In this document: in pieces, positions 1-8,876 of the stretch | How the letters are laid out: each line of letters opens with the position of its first letter | How positions within the stretch are numbered: the first letter of the stretch is position 1 | Program-made: the position numbers and the translations under genes | The notes under the pieces: model-generated | Databases searched by the model: none | What the model saw: the letters and a program-made list of their open reading frames with translations, nothing else | What the model was told of the DNA's origin: nothing | Source: Nitrososphaera viennensis EN76 | GTDB lineage: Archaea; Thermoproteota; Nitrososphaeria; Nitrososphaerales; Nitrososphaeraceae | Reading direction: 5' to 3' | DNA length: 32,000 nucleotides | Assembly (NCBI RefSeq): GCF_000698785.1 | Contig: NZ_CP007536.1 | Location: 2,220,001 to 2,252,000, forward strand

Positions 1-143
1 GTCACGGCCTGGTCATACTTGTAGTCGTGACCCAGAAAGTCGAGCATCCGTGCGACTGACAGCTCGGCCCTGGTGCGCATTAGATTGCCCTTGCTGTCAA
101 GGTAGCGCAGATCGCTGTTCAAAACGACCCGTTCGGTGGGCAT
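1..143 (-). CDS. hypothetical protein, 5' part only (continues beyond left edge)
   Basis: A minus-strand ATG at 143-141 opens MPTERVVLNSDLRYLDSKGNLMRTRAELSVARMLDFLGHDYKYDQAV..., which stays open to position 1. A TATATAAA box lies at 176-183, about 35 nt upstream. It is absent from the ORF track because no stop falls in the window. Confidence 0.5.
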   Translation of the reverse strand, partial: MPTERVVLNSDLRYLDSKGNLMRTRAELSVARMLDFLGHDYKYDQAV

Positions 144-334
144 TAATTGGCTGTTTAACGTGAGCAGCTAAAGTCTATATAAATGGTATTTTTGTTGCCA
201 CCCATTGATCCTTCTTCACGAATATCCAAACATAACTATTTTTAGGTACGTCTAGACACCAAACATACATCGTTTTGCACAATAACAACCAAAAGAACAC
301 GGGATCTATACCCGGCGAGGATCTTTACAGGGCG

Positions 335-532
335 ATGAACAACCTGCGCAAGTCGCTCGGGACTTTGGTGGTGGATCTCCTGATAACGGACCTGCAGAGG
401 CAGGGCATAACCTTTGCAGGGGGCGAGTCGTACTCTGTCAGGCAGATAGAAGGGGCGCTGCAAAAGACCTTTGGGCAGGATGGGGGCGAACTTTTGATGG
501 ACATGGTCAGCAAGTCCTTGCAGGAACTGTGA
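335..532 (+). CDS. small hypothetical protein (65 aa from first ATG)
   Basis: Track ORF 275..532. The first ATG at 335 gives MNNLRKSLGTLVVDLL.... The upstream TTG at 275 is an alternative start. It is co-oriented with the following PP-loop gene and has no recognisable motif. Confidence 0.5.
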   Translation: MNNLRKSLGTLVVDLLITDLQRQGITFAGGESYSVRQIEGALQKTFGQDGGELLMDMVSKSLQEL

Positions 533-584
533 TTGATAAGGAGATTACCGTTTTATTCGGGGCCCGTGTTCCACCTGCTGTGCT

Positions 585-1343
585 ATGATGCTGCGGCAGC
601 AGGAACTGGAGCGTGCCTTGCACGATGCAGTAAGGGCTGTCTTGCCGGAAAAAAATGTCGCAGTCGCGTTTTCCGGCGGGGTGGACAGCACGCTCTTGTC
701 TGTCATCTGCCGCGACCTTGGCAAGCAGGTGACGCTTGTGACGGTGGGGTTTCCCGGCTCGCATGACATCTCCTTTTCAAAAGAAGTTGCGTCAAAGATC
801 GGCCTGCCGCATAAAGTGGTCGAGCTTGACCGTCTTGATTTCAAAAAAGACCTCGCGCACGTCCTGCAGACCGTGACATGCGGCAACACCTCTCATGTCG
901 AAAACTGCATCGCGTACTATTACATCGCGCAGGCTGCCGGCAAACTCGGCCTTTCGGTGGTGGCAAGCGCCAACGGCTGCGACGAGCTTTTCTGCGGCTA
1001 CAATGGCTACCGGGTAGTATATGACAAGGGCGAGCCTGCCATAATGGAGTACATGGAGTCCAAGATAAAAAACGAGCTTGTGCTGGTGCAGGAAATATCT
1101 GCCGTCGCAGCCGAGTTCTCGGTGCAGGTGCGCCAGCCCTTCCTTTCTGACGGATTTGTCGAGTTTGCAAAAAACAAGGTGCCCGTGGACCAAAAGATCA
1201 GGGGGGCAAATGACATGACACGAAAGCACGTCCTGCGCCAGGCCGCCCTTTCCCTGGGAGTGCCGGAAGAGTCGGCTCTCAAGCCAAAAAAGGCGCTGCA
1301 GTACGGCTCGCTCATACACAAGAACTACAAAGGCATCCGCTAG
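585..1343 (+). CDS. PP-loop (N-type ATP pyrophosphatase) family protein, asparagine-synthase-C-terminal-like
   Basis: It carries the SGGVDS PP-loop motif (AFSGGVDSTLL) near the N-terminus and ANGCDELFCGYNGY, which resembles the asparagine synthetase GxGxDElFgGY block. 252 aa with an ATG start. Confidence 0.85.
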   Translation: MMLRQQELERALHDAVRAVLPEKNVAVAFSGGVDSTLLSVICRDLGKQVTLVTVGFPGSHDISFSKEVASKIGLPHKVVELDRLDFKKDLAHVLQTVTCGNTSHVENCIAYYYIAQAAGKLGLSVVASANGCDELFCGYNGYRVVYDKGEPAIMEYMESKIKNELVLVQEISAVAAEFSVQVRQPFLSDGFVEFAKNKVPVDQKIRGANDMTRKHVLRQAALSLGVPEESALKPKKALQYGSLIHKNYKGIR

Positions 1344-1386
1344 GGAAAAGATGAAATGAAAAAAAGCGTGGTCTAGAAAGAGACGC

Positions 1387-1782
1387 CTAGGGCCCCTTTA
1401 CGAGTATGCCCTTGAGCTCCTGGTTGTCCAGAAGGGTGTCGATAAGCTTTTGCTGTTCTTCCTTTGGAAGTTCATTTGACATCTCCAGCGAGTCGATGGC
1501 CTTGAGCTTCCAAAAGTTGGTCAGCGCATTGTCGACGGTCATCTGCGAGTCGTAGACCACCTTACCAAACGCGGTGAGGGTGTATTTGCCACTCTTTTTC
1601 CTCACAAGACCTGACTTTGTCATCCTTGAGAGCCTGGAATAATACTGCTTGCGCGTGAGCTTGGTCTTGCCCTTGAGGCTCTCGCTGTCAATGCTGCCGT
1701 GGGCAATGGTTCTAAAAAGTTCCATTGATCTGTCGTCTGAAATGGTCCTGAGGACTGTGGCTGTTGTCTGGGACTTGGCCAT
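1387..1782 (-). CDS. winged-helix DNA-binding protein (archaeal wHTH regulator)
   Basis: LTRKQYYSRLSRMTKSGLVRKKSGKYTLTAFG is a recognition-helix plus wing pattern. It is a clear paralog of the N-terminal 120 aa of ORF 3053..3943 (LSKKQFYVRLKRLKEAGLVEKRENIYITTTFG; NFWKLKAIDSL versus NYWNLKAVDVL). Confidence 0.8.
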   Translation of the reverse strand: MAKSQTTATVLRTISDDRSMELFRTIAHGSIDSESLKGKTKLTRKQYYSRLSRMTKSGLVRKKSGKYTLTAFGKVVYDSQMTVDNALTNFWKLKAIDSLEMSNELPKEEQQKLIDTLLDNQELKGILVKGP

Positions 1783-1913
1783 TTTACATCTTTACTCATA
1801 ATCGTGAGCGTATTATAGCTTAGGTAACTCTTGGCAGTAGTTATGGCCACAAAGTATCCAATTTTGGATACTTTGTGACGCTAAAATGCGCCGTTGTTGG
1901 TATATGCGTATGC

Positions 1914-2879
1914 CTAGATCATCACAAGTACTCCTATGGGAAGGCCCGAGAGCAGCATCAAGTCAAACGGAAGCAGCCTCTTGTGCTGTTTGCGAATAAA
2001 GTCCTTGTCCTTTGCGCCTTTTATCGTCTTTGACAGCCTGACGATCATCAGCGCCGCAAACGCACTTGAGAACGACGCCGTGACGATGCCTACGCCGTCA
2101 AGCGCATACATTGTCCAGGATATCCCTGCCATTCCCGCTACCATCATGATGCCCATCTTGATGGTGTTTTCTCTGCCTATGACGATCGGTATTGTTCGCC
2201 TCCCTGCGGCTTTGTCGCCGTCAACATCGCCTGTGTCATTCAAGACAGACGAGATAAACCTCATCGCGCCTAGCATGAATGCCGCGTGTATGAACACAAC
2301 AGGGCTGCTGACAACAAGACCGAGGCTGTAGGCAGTTGTGGCGCCAAGAGCTGCGCAAAGCATGTAGTAGAGTGCTATCACGACTGTCTTGATGAGGAAC
2401 CTGTCGTCAAGGGCAATTTTTGGTGCCGAGTACATGATGCCTATTGCAAGCATGGGGACGACAAGGATCATGCTCGCAAAATTGGCCGTCACAACCGACA
2501 GCACTACCGCCAGAACATTGGTCCACGTGATAAAGATCCATGCCTGCCTTTTGGTTACCTGGCCTGACGGCAGGGGCCTCTTTTTGCCATTAGCCCTGTC
2601 CAGCTCAACATCGAGAAGATCGTTGAGAAGGAACATTCCCGTTGTTATCAACAGGGAGATCAGGGGCAGCGGCACTATTCGTTGTACAAGGGTTGCAGCA
2701 TTTGTCTCTGCCAGCATGGAGTCGATGGTTCCTGGGACCAGGAACAGCCCTGTCACCGTTGCTAGGGCATACACGATGCCCCACTTCATGCGTGACTGAA
2801 ACAGGACAAGCTGAGAGCGTGCAAAAGAGACAGGGGTCTTTTGCCTGCTGCTGATTGGATTCAGACTTGTAATAGACAT
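1914..2879 (-). CDS. UbiA-family prenyltransferase (polytopic membrane protein)
   Basis: First Asp-rich motif NDLLDVELDRANGKKRPLPSG and second motif DTGDVDGDKAAGRRTIPI, with multiple hydrophobic segments. 321 aa. Confidence 0.9.
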   Translation of the reverse strand: MSITSLNPISSRQKTPVSFARSQLVLFQSRMKWGIVYALATVTGLFLVPGTIDSMLAETNAATLVQRIVPLPLISLLITTGMFLLNDLLDVELDRANGKKRPLPSGQVTKRQAWIFITWTNVLAVVLSVVTANFASMILVVPMLAIGIMYSAPKIALDDRFLIKTVVIALYYMLCAALGATTAYSLGLVVSSPVVFIHAAFMLGAMRFISSVLNDTGDVDGDKAAGRRTIPIVIGRENTIKMGIMMVAGMAGISWTMYALDGVGIVTASFSSAFAALMIVRLSKTIKGAKDKDFIRKQHKRLLPFDLMLLSGLPIGVLVMI

Positions 2880-3052
2880 TGCACTGGCGTGAAAGAAATC
2901 CTGCGTAAAGTACTTTTTTTCAAAAAAGTTGCCAGTAATGGAAACAAATAAACCTTATTCTGTATTAACCTACACTAGATTTAAGGCAAGATTATACCCC
3001 AAGGTAATTTCCGGGTACGAGGAAACAAACCCAGTTTTATTGCTGGATGGAG

Positions 3053-3943
3053 CTACTTTTCCCTGACGCTGGTAAGAAGCCTTGGAATAACTGCGTCTTT
3101 GGCCAAACTGTGGTAGTAAGAGATGAGCCTCTCGGCAAGATACGGATCGTCATAATGAGATATGGCCAACGTGAATTCCTCCGGGTTGGTGTAGTTTGTA
3201 GTCTCGTAGCATACCATTCTTCCGTCCACCACCATAAAACTCGCGGGTATATCCCTCTTTGTGAGATCAAACCACGGGGATTTCACAAGAGCATTGACCA
3301 TCTCAAAGGTCTCTCTGTTAGGCGGCGTCCTCAGGACGGCATTTAACCTGCTCTCTACGGAAATCTGCTCCGGAAGGCCGTCCATCATGTGCACCGTCAG
3401 CCCCTCGGAGATCTTTTTGAATATTATCTTTGCAAAGGTCGGATCGTGGTAGCGGGTAGCAAGGTACACTTCTTTCTGCGCAATTCCCAGAAGCTTTATG
3501 ACTTCTGCCACCAGCTGGTTGTAGTTCTTTACTACCGAGAACCCTGACAGGTGGGTGGCGTTCACAATGTTTCTCAGGCTGCTGCTCTGGATTATCTCGT
3601 TTATAACAGACTCTTTCTGGTGCTGGGGAAAGTCTTGCCTTGTTTTCAGTACATCTACTGCCTTGAGGTTCCAGTAGTTTGCCAGCATTTCTTCCAGCGT
3701 CTTGACGTGGCTGTTGCACACCAGCGAGCCAAACGTGGTAGTGATGTAGATGTTTTCTCGCTTTTCAACCAGGCCTGCCTCCTTGAGGCGCTTGAGCCTG
3801 ACATAGAATTGCTTTTTGCTTAGGTTGCCTGCGTAGCTGTTGGAAGAAGCCTTGAAACCTGAATAAGCCATTTTTAGAATGTTTACTGAATGCCTGTCTG
3901 CCAGTATGGAGAAAATGTGTTGTATGTTGACCGGCTCTGACAT
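3053..3943 (-). CDS. TrmB-like transcriptional regulator (N-terminal wHTH plus C-terminal domain)
   Basis: The N-terminal wHTH is paralogous to 1387..1782, followed by an extra ~170-aa C-terminal domain. ATG at 3943. The TrmB-like assignment is by architecture only. Confidence 0.7.
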   Translation of the reverse strand: MSEPVNIQHIFSILADRHSVNILKMAYSGFKASSNSYAGNLSKKQFYVRLKRLKEAGLVEKRENIYITTTFGSLVCNSHVKTLEEMLANYWNLKAVDVLKTRQDFPQHQKESVINEIIQSSSLRNIVNATHLSGFSVVKNYNQLVAEVIKLLGIAQKEVYLATRYHDPTFAKIIFKKISEGLTVHMMDGLPEQISVESRLNAVLRTPPNRETFEMVNALVKSPWFDLTKRDIPASFMVVDGRMVCYETTNYTNPEEFTLAISHYDDPYLAERLISYYHSLAKDAVIPRLLTSVREK

Positions 3944-4047
3944 ATGCGACTATGGATAATCCTCATAGTATATAAATATTCGACTTTTGTCCAGTTTGAG
4001 CAACTTGGCAGTCATAGGTTCCGCCGTGACATACCGCGATTTATGCC

Positions 4048-5055
4048 CTAATGGAAAGAACCCAGCCAGTCGCGTATTGCAGAAATGAATCTCGCTCTGG
4101 ATTCTTCAGAGTATTTCGGGGAGTCCTGGTCAAAAAACATGGCGTCGTAGAACCAGTGGTCGCAGTCAAGCACCTTCAACTCCTTGTTCTGGGTGCGAAG
4201 TAGTTTAAGATACTCTTCGGACACTTGGAGATACACGTTCCTGTCCTTTTGTCCGTGCAGGAGGAGAACCGGGTCTACAATGTCTGCAAGCTCGGCAACC
4301 TTGCTGTTACGCGTTGCCATGATGTCGACCAGAAACCTGTACGAGTATTCTGTGTTCACCATTTTCTCGCGCACAACAACCTTCTCAAATTCCTCCCCGC
4401 TTATTTTCGCATATTGCGGCAGCACCTTCATCATGTCTGTGGTGCTGCGCGGAGTGAATAGCCGGCGCAATAATAGGTGGATGAACATGCCTGTGCTGGG
4501 CTCGGTGTCTGACCTCTTGATGTTGCCTATCCGTATGTACGGGCACATTATTATCAAGCCGTCCACGCTGTTCTTGAAGGAATGCGCGTACCAGAGGGCG
4601 AAGGTGGAGCCCATGCTGTGGGCCATTATGAACACCCGCGTCCCGCTTCTTTTCAGGTCGGTGACGATCTGGTTGATGGACTGGAGGCATTTCTCAAAAT
4701 CCAGATCCCCTCTTGGACCTTCTGATTCTCCGTGGCCCGGCAGGTCCATGCTCAGCACGTTATATCCTGCCTGGGACAGCTTTGTCCCGACATAGGTGAA
4801 TATCCTTGCGTCGGACGGTATGCCGTGGATGCAAAGGATCGTATCGTTTTTTGGATCCTGCGATGGAAACTCGATAACGCTTATCTTGCCGCTCGCAGTC
4901 TGGTAGTAACGATGATGATGGTGATGATAAGTCAAATAGAGGATCTCCCGCCCCTGCCCCTTCTTGTTATGTGTGTGGACAGCTTTGGCATAAGCATTCT
5001 GTTTACCGATTTGAATACCGGTATATTTTCCGCTGTCAGCTGCTTTTCTTTCCAA
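4048..5055 (-). CDS. alpha/beta-fold hydrolase
   Basis: HG oxyanion motif (LCIHGIPSD), LPGHGESEG, nucleophile elbow AHSMGS, and a C-terminal LDCDHWF candidate catalytic His. The start is uncertain: the track start at 5055 is TTG, and the N-terminal 60 aa (including HHHHH) may be partly untranslated. It overlaps the 3' end of the upstream methyltransferase gene by 20 nt. Confidence 0.8.
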   Translation of the reverse strand: MERKAADSGKYTGIQIGKQNAYAKAVHTHNKKGQGREILYLTYHHHHHRYYQTASGKISVIEFPSQDPKNDTILCIHGIPSDARIFTYVGTKLSQAGYNVLSMDLPGHGESEGPRGDLDFEKCLQSINQIVTDLKRSGTRVFIMAHSMGSTFALWYAHSFKNSVDGLIIMCPYIRIGNIKRSDTEPSTGMFIHLLLRRLFTPRSTTDMMKVLPQYAKISGEEFEKVVVREKMVNTEYSYRFLVDIMATRNSKVAELADIVDPVLLLHGQKDRNVYLQVSEEYLKLLRTQNKELKVLDCDHWFYDAMFFDQDSPKYSEESRARFISAIRDWLGSFH

Positions 5056-5857
5056 TCACGCTGAAAAACCGCGCATAGGTTACAAAGCTGTCTTTCTTTC
5101 TAGAAAGCTGCTTTAGGTCCCTGAACATCTTGTCATACTCGCTTTCCTTCATCACGCCATGCTGCAGGATCGCCGGCTTTAGGCTGTCTGCTATCCTCCA
5201 CCCAAGCGAACAGAGTGGCTCGTTGCCCATCATCAGGCAAGGCGCATAGCATTCTACGCTTGCATGAAGCGATTCCTCTACTGCCATCTTGTACAGCTTT
5301 CTGCCTGCAAGCGGGTCGCCCCCTGATTTTCTGACCAGAGTTACAAACGCCTCTCTGAGCGTGTCAACGCTTTCTTCGTGCGGGTGGGATAGCCACGAGT
5401 CCGGAGAATGATCAAGCTCTTGGATTATCACCGTTCCGCCGTCCCTGACCATGTCCTTCATTGCCCTGACTGCCTGCTTGGGATCCTTCAGGTGCACGAA
5501 CATGAACCTCGAAAATGCAAGATCAAACTCGCCGCCCTTTGCCTGCGATGGTGATGGTGATGGTGACAGTATGTCTTGGTGGACAAAGCGGACATTGGGA
5601 AAGGTGTTGACGGTGCGGCAGTACTGCAGATAGTTGTCATCCACGTCTATGCCTGTAACATGCCCTTCTGTGCCTACTATCTGGGCCATCAGGCGAGTGA
5701 CGGATCCAGAGCCTGAACCGACGTCCGCGCAATTCATGCCTTTTCCTATCCCTGCCTTTAACAGGGCATCTCGCGAAAAGGGCTCAAAAAATGACGCCTG
5801 GATGTCCAGCCTTTCGATCTCGCTTTTTCTGTTGCCAAGGACATAGCTGTCGGACAT
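5036..5857 (-). CDS. class I SAM-dependent methyltransferase
   Basis: Motif I is CADVGSGSGSVT, the post-I acidic residue is in GIDVD, and the typical N-terminal SEIERLDIQ is present. ATG at 5857; the track's GTG at 5893 is an alternative start. Confidence 0.85.
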   Translation of the reverse strand: MSDSYVLGNRKSEIERLDIQASFFEPFSRDALLKAGIGKGMNCADVGSGSGSVTRLMAQIVGTEGHVTGIDVDDNYLQYCRTVNTFPNVRFVHQDILSPSPSPSQAKGGEFDLAFSRFMFVHLKDPKQAVRAMKDMVRDGGTVIIQELDHSPDSWLSHPHEESVDTLREAFVTLVRKSGGDPLAGRKLYKMAVEESLHASVECYAPCLMMGNEPLCSLGWRIADSLKPAILQHGVMKESEYDKMFRDLKQLSRKKDSFVTYARFFSVIGKKSS

Positions 5858-6050
5858 TATCTCATTTTCACCTTCCAAAGAAGAAGCATTCACGTGAGTA
5901 TTCTAATGTGCGCGTTACTGTATACGGCAAAAATTGAGAAATTTCTCCACACGTCACTCCTGAAGTGATGCCATGCCTGTTCTTAACCTTTTTCCAAATC
6001 GACGGGCGCGCCATCTTCAATATAGGCCAATATAGTCTATATAGAAATGC

Positions 6051-6278
6051 TTGATATGCCTGATCGCCAGCCTCATATCCGTGCTGGCGTCAACAACCAA
6101 GCTTGATGTCTTGAAAATAAGTCCGATTTCAGAGCAGGTGGCCCGCTTGCAGGTGATTTCTTGCGATCTCTGCGGCTCGCAAAAGGCATCCCATGATGTT
6201 TATGTCAAGGGCGCAGTCGAAGACGTGCCCATGCTAAAGAGATGCTGCGACGGCTGCAAGTCGCTTCTCATCCAGTAA
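6051..6278 (+). CDS. possible small zinc-ribbon protein
   Basis: CDLC...(27 aa)...CCDGC cysteine pairs. The only start is TTG or GTG, and it converges on and overlaps the pitA 3' end by 11 nt. Weak call. Confidence 0.3.
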   Translation: MICLIASLISVLASTTKLDVLKISPISEQVARLQVISCDLCGSQKASHDVYVKGAVEDVPMLKRCCDGCKSLLIQ

Positions 6279-7278
6279 GCGCTTTTATCGCCCACATGCA
6301 CGCTGCCGCTATTGCGGCGCTTGCCGGTATCGTTATCACCCACGCATAGATTATCCTCTTTCCGAGGCCCCACCTGACTGCCGAGAACCTCTTTGTCGCG
6401 CCGACGCCCATTATTGCGCCGGAAATAGCATGCGTCGTGCTCACCGGTATGCCGAGCCACGCCATCGAAGTCAGGATGGCGCCGCCGCCTGTCTCTGCGC
6501 AGAACCCCTGGTACGGCTTTAGGTTTGTCAGCCGGAACGCCATGGTCTTGACTATCCTCCAGCCTCCAAAGAACGTGCCAAGCGCGATGGCAGCCGCCGC
6601 GCTTATTATCACCCACAGCGGGACGACGAATTCTTTCGAGTTTAGCAGGCCGCCTGCAATCAGGAGCGCCGTTATGATGCCCATGGTCTTTTGCCCGTCG
6701 TTTGCGCCGTGCGTCAGCGAGAAAAACGCCGACGATGCTATCTGCAGCCTGCCAAACACCCTGTTGACCTTGCCGGGCACCTTCCTGCGCAAAAAGAACA
6801 TTATCGCAAGCGCAAAGCCTCCTGCGACTGCAAAGCCCATGGCCGGCGACACCACCATGAACGTGAGCACTTTTTCAACGCCGGAAAACACCACGGCCTG
6901 CAGGCCTCCGACAAAGAGCGCCGAGCCTACCAGGCCGCCGATGAGCGCGTGGCTGCTTGACGACGGCAGGCCGAACCACCACGTTATGAGGTCCCACGCT
7001 ATTGCGCCAAGGAGCCCCGCCAGTATGACGTCCACCGTCGAAAACTCGGGCATGATGATGCCCTTTCCCACCGTCGCGGCCACGGCCGTGCCAAAGATGA
7101 ACGGGCCGGTAAAGTTGGCCGCGGCTGCAATCCCGACGGCATGGAGCGGCCTGAGCACCCTGGTGCCGACGACGGTCGCAATAGAGTTTGCCGCGTCGTG
7201 AAAGCCGTTTACAAAATCAAAAAACAGCGCCGCGCCGATTGCCCCGTAAACCACTAGGATTATGCTCTGGTCGGCCAC
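6268..7278 (-). CDS. pitA: inorganic phosphate transporter, PiT/PitA family
   Basis: N-terminal FDFVNGFHDAANSIATVVGT and internal SLTHGANDGQKTMG are the two PHO4/PiT signature repeats. The protein is highly hydrophobic. 336 aa with a GTG start. Confidence 0.92.
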   Translation of the reverse strand: MADQSIILVVYGAIGAALFFDFVNGFHDAANSIATVVGTRVLRPLHAVGIAAAANFTGPFIFGTAVAATVGKGIIMPEFSTVDVILAGLLGAIAWDLITWWFGLPSSSSHALIGGLVGSALFVGGLQAVVFSGVEKVLTFMVVSPAMGFAVAGGFALAIMFFLRRKVPGKVNRVFGRLQIASSAFFSLTHGANDGQKTMGIITALLIAGGLLNSKEFVVPLWVIISAAAAIALGTFFGGWRIVKTMAFRLTNLKPYQGFCAETGGGAILTSMAWLGIPVSTTHAISGAIMGVGATKRFSAVRWGLGKRIIYAWVITIPASAAIAAACMWAIKALTG

Positions 7279-7287
7279 TTTTGATCC

Positions 7288-7926
7288 TCAACCGTATTTC
7301 AGGCCGATGTCCTCAAACGTGTCGGCGACGTCCTGGCACCTGTTGACCGCGTCTTCCAATTGCAGGTATATTTCCTTGAACTTGATTATCTCTATCGCGT
7401 CGCTGGTCTCGAACAGTTCTGCAATCGCAAGCCTGTAGATGGTGTCGGCCTCGTGCTCGTACTTGTTGATGTTCCTGCAGTGCTCCACCAGCTCTGCAGA
7501 GTTTTTGAAACCTCGAAGGCGCGTCATCAGCAGGTGCACTTCCTGCGTGGCCGAAAGCAGGATCTTGGCAAGCTCTATCATGTACGGGGTCGGCCTGGTT
7601 ATCTTGAAGAGCACGAACCTGTCTGCCGCGCCGTCGATATAGTCCAGTATCTCGTCCACTTCGCTTGTCAGTTTCGAAATGTCCTCCCTGTCGAGGGGCG
7701 TGACAAACGTCTTGTCCATTATGAGGTATATGCCGTGGGCTATCTCGTCGCCCCTGTGCTCGATGTCCTTTATGTTGACCTTGCGCTCGCCGACGTTGTC
7801 AAAACTTGAAACGAGGTCCACGAGGGCGTTGGCGGCCTTGAGAACGTTTGCGCCCTGCTCCTCGAGCGCGTTGATGATCTCTTTGTCGTTGGAGCGAATC
7901 CAAGAGAGAAAGCCACCGCCTGCCAT
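7288..7926 (-). CDS. DUF47 / PhoU-like Pit accessory protein
   Basis: IEHRGDEIAHGIYLIMDKTFVTPLDREDISKLTSEVDEILDYID matches the DUF47 (COG1392) core as I remember it. It lies 9 nt upstream of pitA, the classic pairing. Confidence 0.85.
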   Translation of the reverse strand: MAGGGFLSWIRSNDKEIINALEEQGANVLKAANALVDLVSSFDNVGERKVNIKDIEHRGDEIAHGIYLIMDKTFVTPLDREDISKLTSEVDEILDYIDGAADRFVLFKITRPTPYMIELAKILLSATQEVHLLMTRLRGFKNSAELVEHCRNINKYEHEADTIYRLAIAELFETSDAIEIIKFKEIYLQLEDAVNRCQDVADTFEDIGLKYG

Positions 7927-8018
7927 TGTTCACCGGACTACGTGAATGCACTGTATAATATCCTATACTACATGATCTACATATTCTATATTGATTTTCT
8001 CTCTCTCTTTTTTCGCAC

Positions 8019-8492
8019 TCAGATTGGTATCGTGACCTTCTCTATGCTGGCAGGATGCTTTTCCCTGTAGTGCCTCACAAGCTCCCTTACCGTGGCAAAC
8101 GTCATCCTGCATTCCTCGCAGCTCTCTGCCGGATTCTTGGAAACGGAAAAGAGCGGCTTTTTGCTGACGCGGATCGTCCTGTTGCCTGGAAGCGATATTG
8201 CAAGCATGCCGCCATCATCCCAGCTCTTCAGGTGCTTTTCGAATTCCTCGTATGTCGAGAGGTTGAAGCATGCCACCGGGTCGTCTTCAAAGTCGCACGC
8301 CCTCTTTTTGGTCATGTATTCCTCGTGGATCTTGCGCAGCCACCCGTCGACTACTTCGGGGTTATCTGACAGTATGTCCTGCACGATCCTCAATGTGTAC
8401 ACGGCGATCTTGTTTTCCAGCGCGTCGTTTGGAACTATGAGGTATCCTTTCAGCTTCAGGCCCAGCGAGCCATCTTCAAACGCGTGCGTCAT
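8019..8492 (-). CDS. hypothetical protein with C-terminal classical C2H2 zinc finger
   Basis: CEECRMTFATVRELVRHYREKH equals C-x2-C-x12-H-x4-H. ATG at 8492, with an AT-rich promoter region upstream. Confidence 0.75.
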   Translation of the reverse strand: MTHAFEDGSLGLKLKGYLIVPNDALENKIAVYTLRIVQDILSDNPEVVDGWLRKIHEEYMTKKRACDFEDDPVACFNLSTYEEFEKHLKSWDDGGMLAISLPGNRTIRVSKKPLFSVSKNPAESCEECRMTFATVRELVRHYREKHPASIEKVTIPI

Positions 8493-8517
8493 ATGACACT
8501 GTCAGCACATTTCAAAT

Positions 8518-8536
8518 AATTAAGCATTGCTTAATT
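8518..8536. promoter_or_regulatory. inverted repeat AATTAAGCA-T-TGCTTAATT upstream of the C2H2 gene
   Basis: The 9-nt arms are perfect with a 1-nt spacer. It lies 26-44 nt upstream of the ATG at 8492, inside a very AT-rich ~190-bp intergenic region. Confidence 0.3.
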
Positions 8537-8689
8537 GAATAATCAAGAATATTTGTGTTTAAACAAGATAATGTAATTTAATTTGCAAAATAATAGGATT
8601 TAAGATAAATATTGTAATCTGTTTTTTCTAAAATCTATGGACGGGTTTTTTGCAATATACTTTTGTTGGCGTACAAGCCGAGTTTCAAA

Positions 8690-8869
8690 TCAACGCGTGA
8701 ATAATTTCTTTTCCAGTTTTGACATGAAAATGGGCCTGTAATTGTCAAAATCGTCGTACGCGCCACAATAGCCCGAAGCTTCTTCATCGGAATGGCATGT
8801 CGCAGACCTATCGTCGAAATGCTTGCAAATACGCGCGTATTTGCACATCCCTGGCTTCATAATGCGCAT
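8690..8869 (-). CDS. small 4-Cys protein, copy 1
   Basis: MRIMKPGMCKYARICKHFDDRSATCHSDEEASGYCGAYDDFDNYRPIFMSKLEKKLFTR is identical to copy 2. The sequence upstream of MRIM differs between copies, so the conserved start is probably at MRIM (8869) or MKPG (8860). Confidence 0.6.
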   Translation of the reverse strand: MRIMKPGMCKYARICKHFDDRSATCHSDEEASGYCGAYDDFDNYRPIFMSKLEKKLFTR

Positions 8870-8876
8870 TATGAAG
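8855..8876. promoter_or_regulatory. 22-bp perfect palindrome CTTCATAATGCGCATTATGAAG
   Basis: It is exactly self-complementary and lies at the inner edge of the left repeat. It contains ATG codons on both strands, so both divergent ORFs begin MRIMK. The copy at 15737-15758 has one mismatch (G to A). Confidence 0.6.

Noticed and set aside
2912-2929. ACTTTTTT-TC-AAAAAAGT inverted repeat upstream of the UbiA gene
   Set aside because: It is an A/T homopolymer palindrome in an AT-rich promoter region. It could be a terminator for the upstream gene or part of a TATA region, but it is too low in complexity to interpret.
4912-4926. Run of five His codons (HHHHH) in the alpha/beta hydrolase ORF that looks like an engineered tag
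   Set aside because: It is embedded in native-looking sequence with mixed CAT/CAC codons and no vector or linker sequence. It may even lie upstream of the true start. It is probably natural low complexity.
5547-5566. (GATGGT)x3 microsatellite inside the methyltransferase gene (encodes SPSPSP on the minus strand)
   Set aside because: It is a short in-frame repeat within a coding region, with no evidence of phase variation or regulatory function.
6437-7201. 254-aa plus-strand ORF antisense to pitA, and minus-strand ORFs 6200..6616 and 6999..7181
   Set aside because: These are off-frame or antisense shadows of a confidently identified PiT transporter gene, with no independent coding signal.
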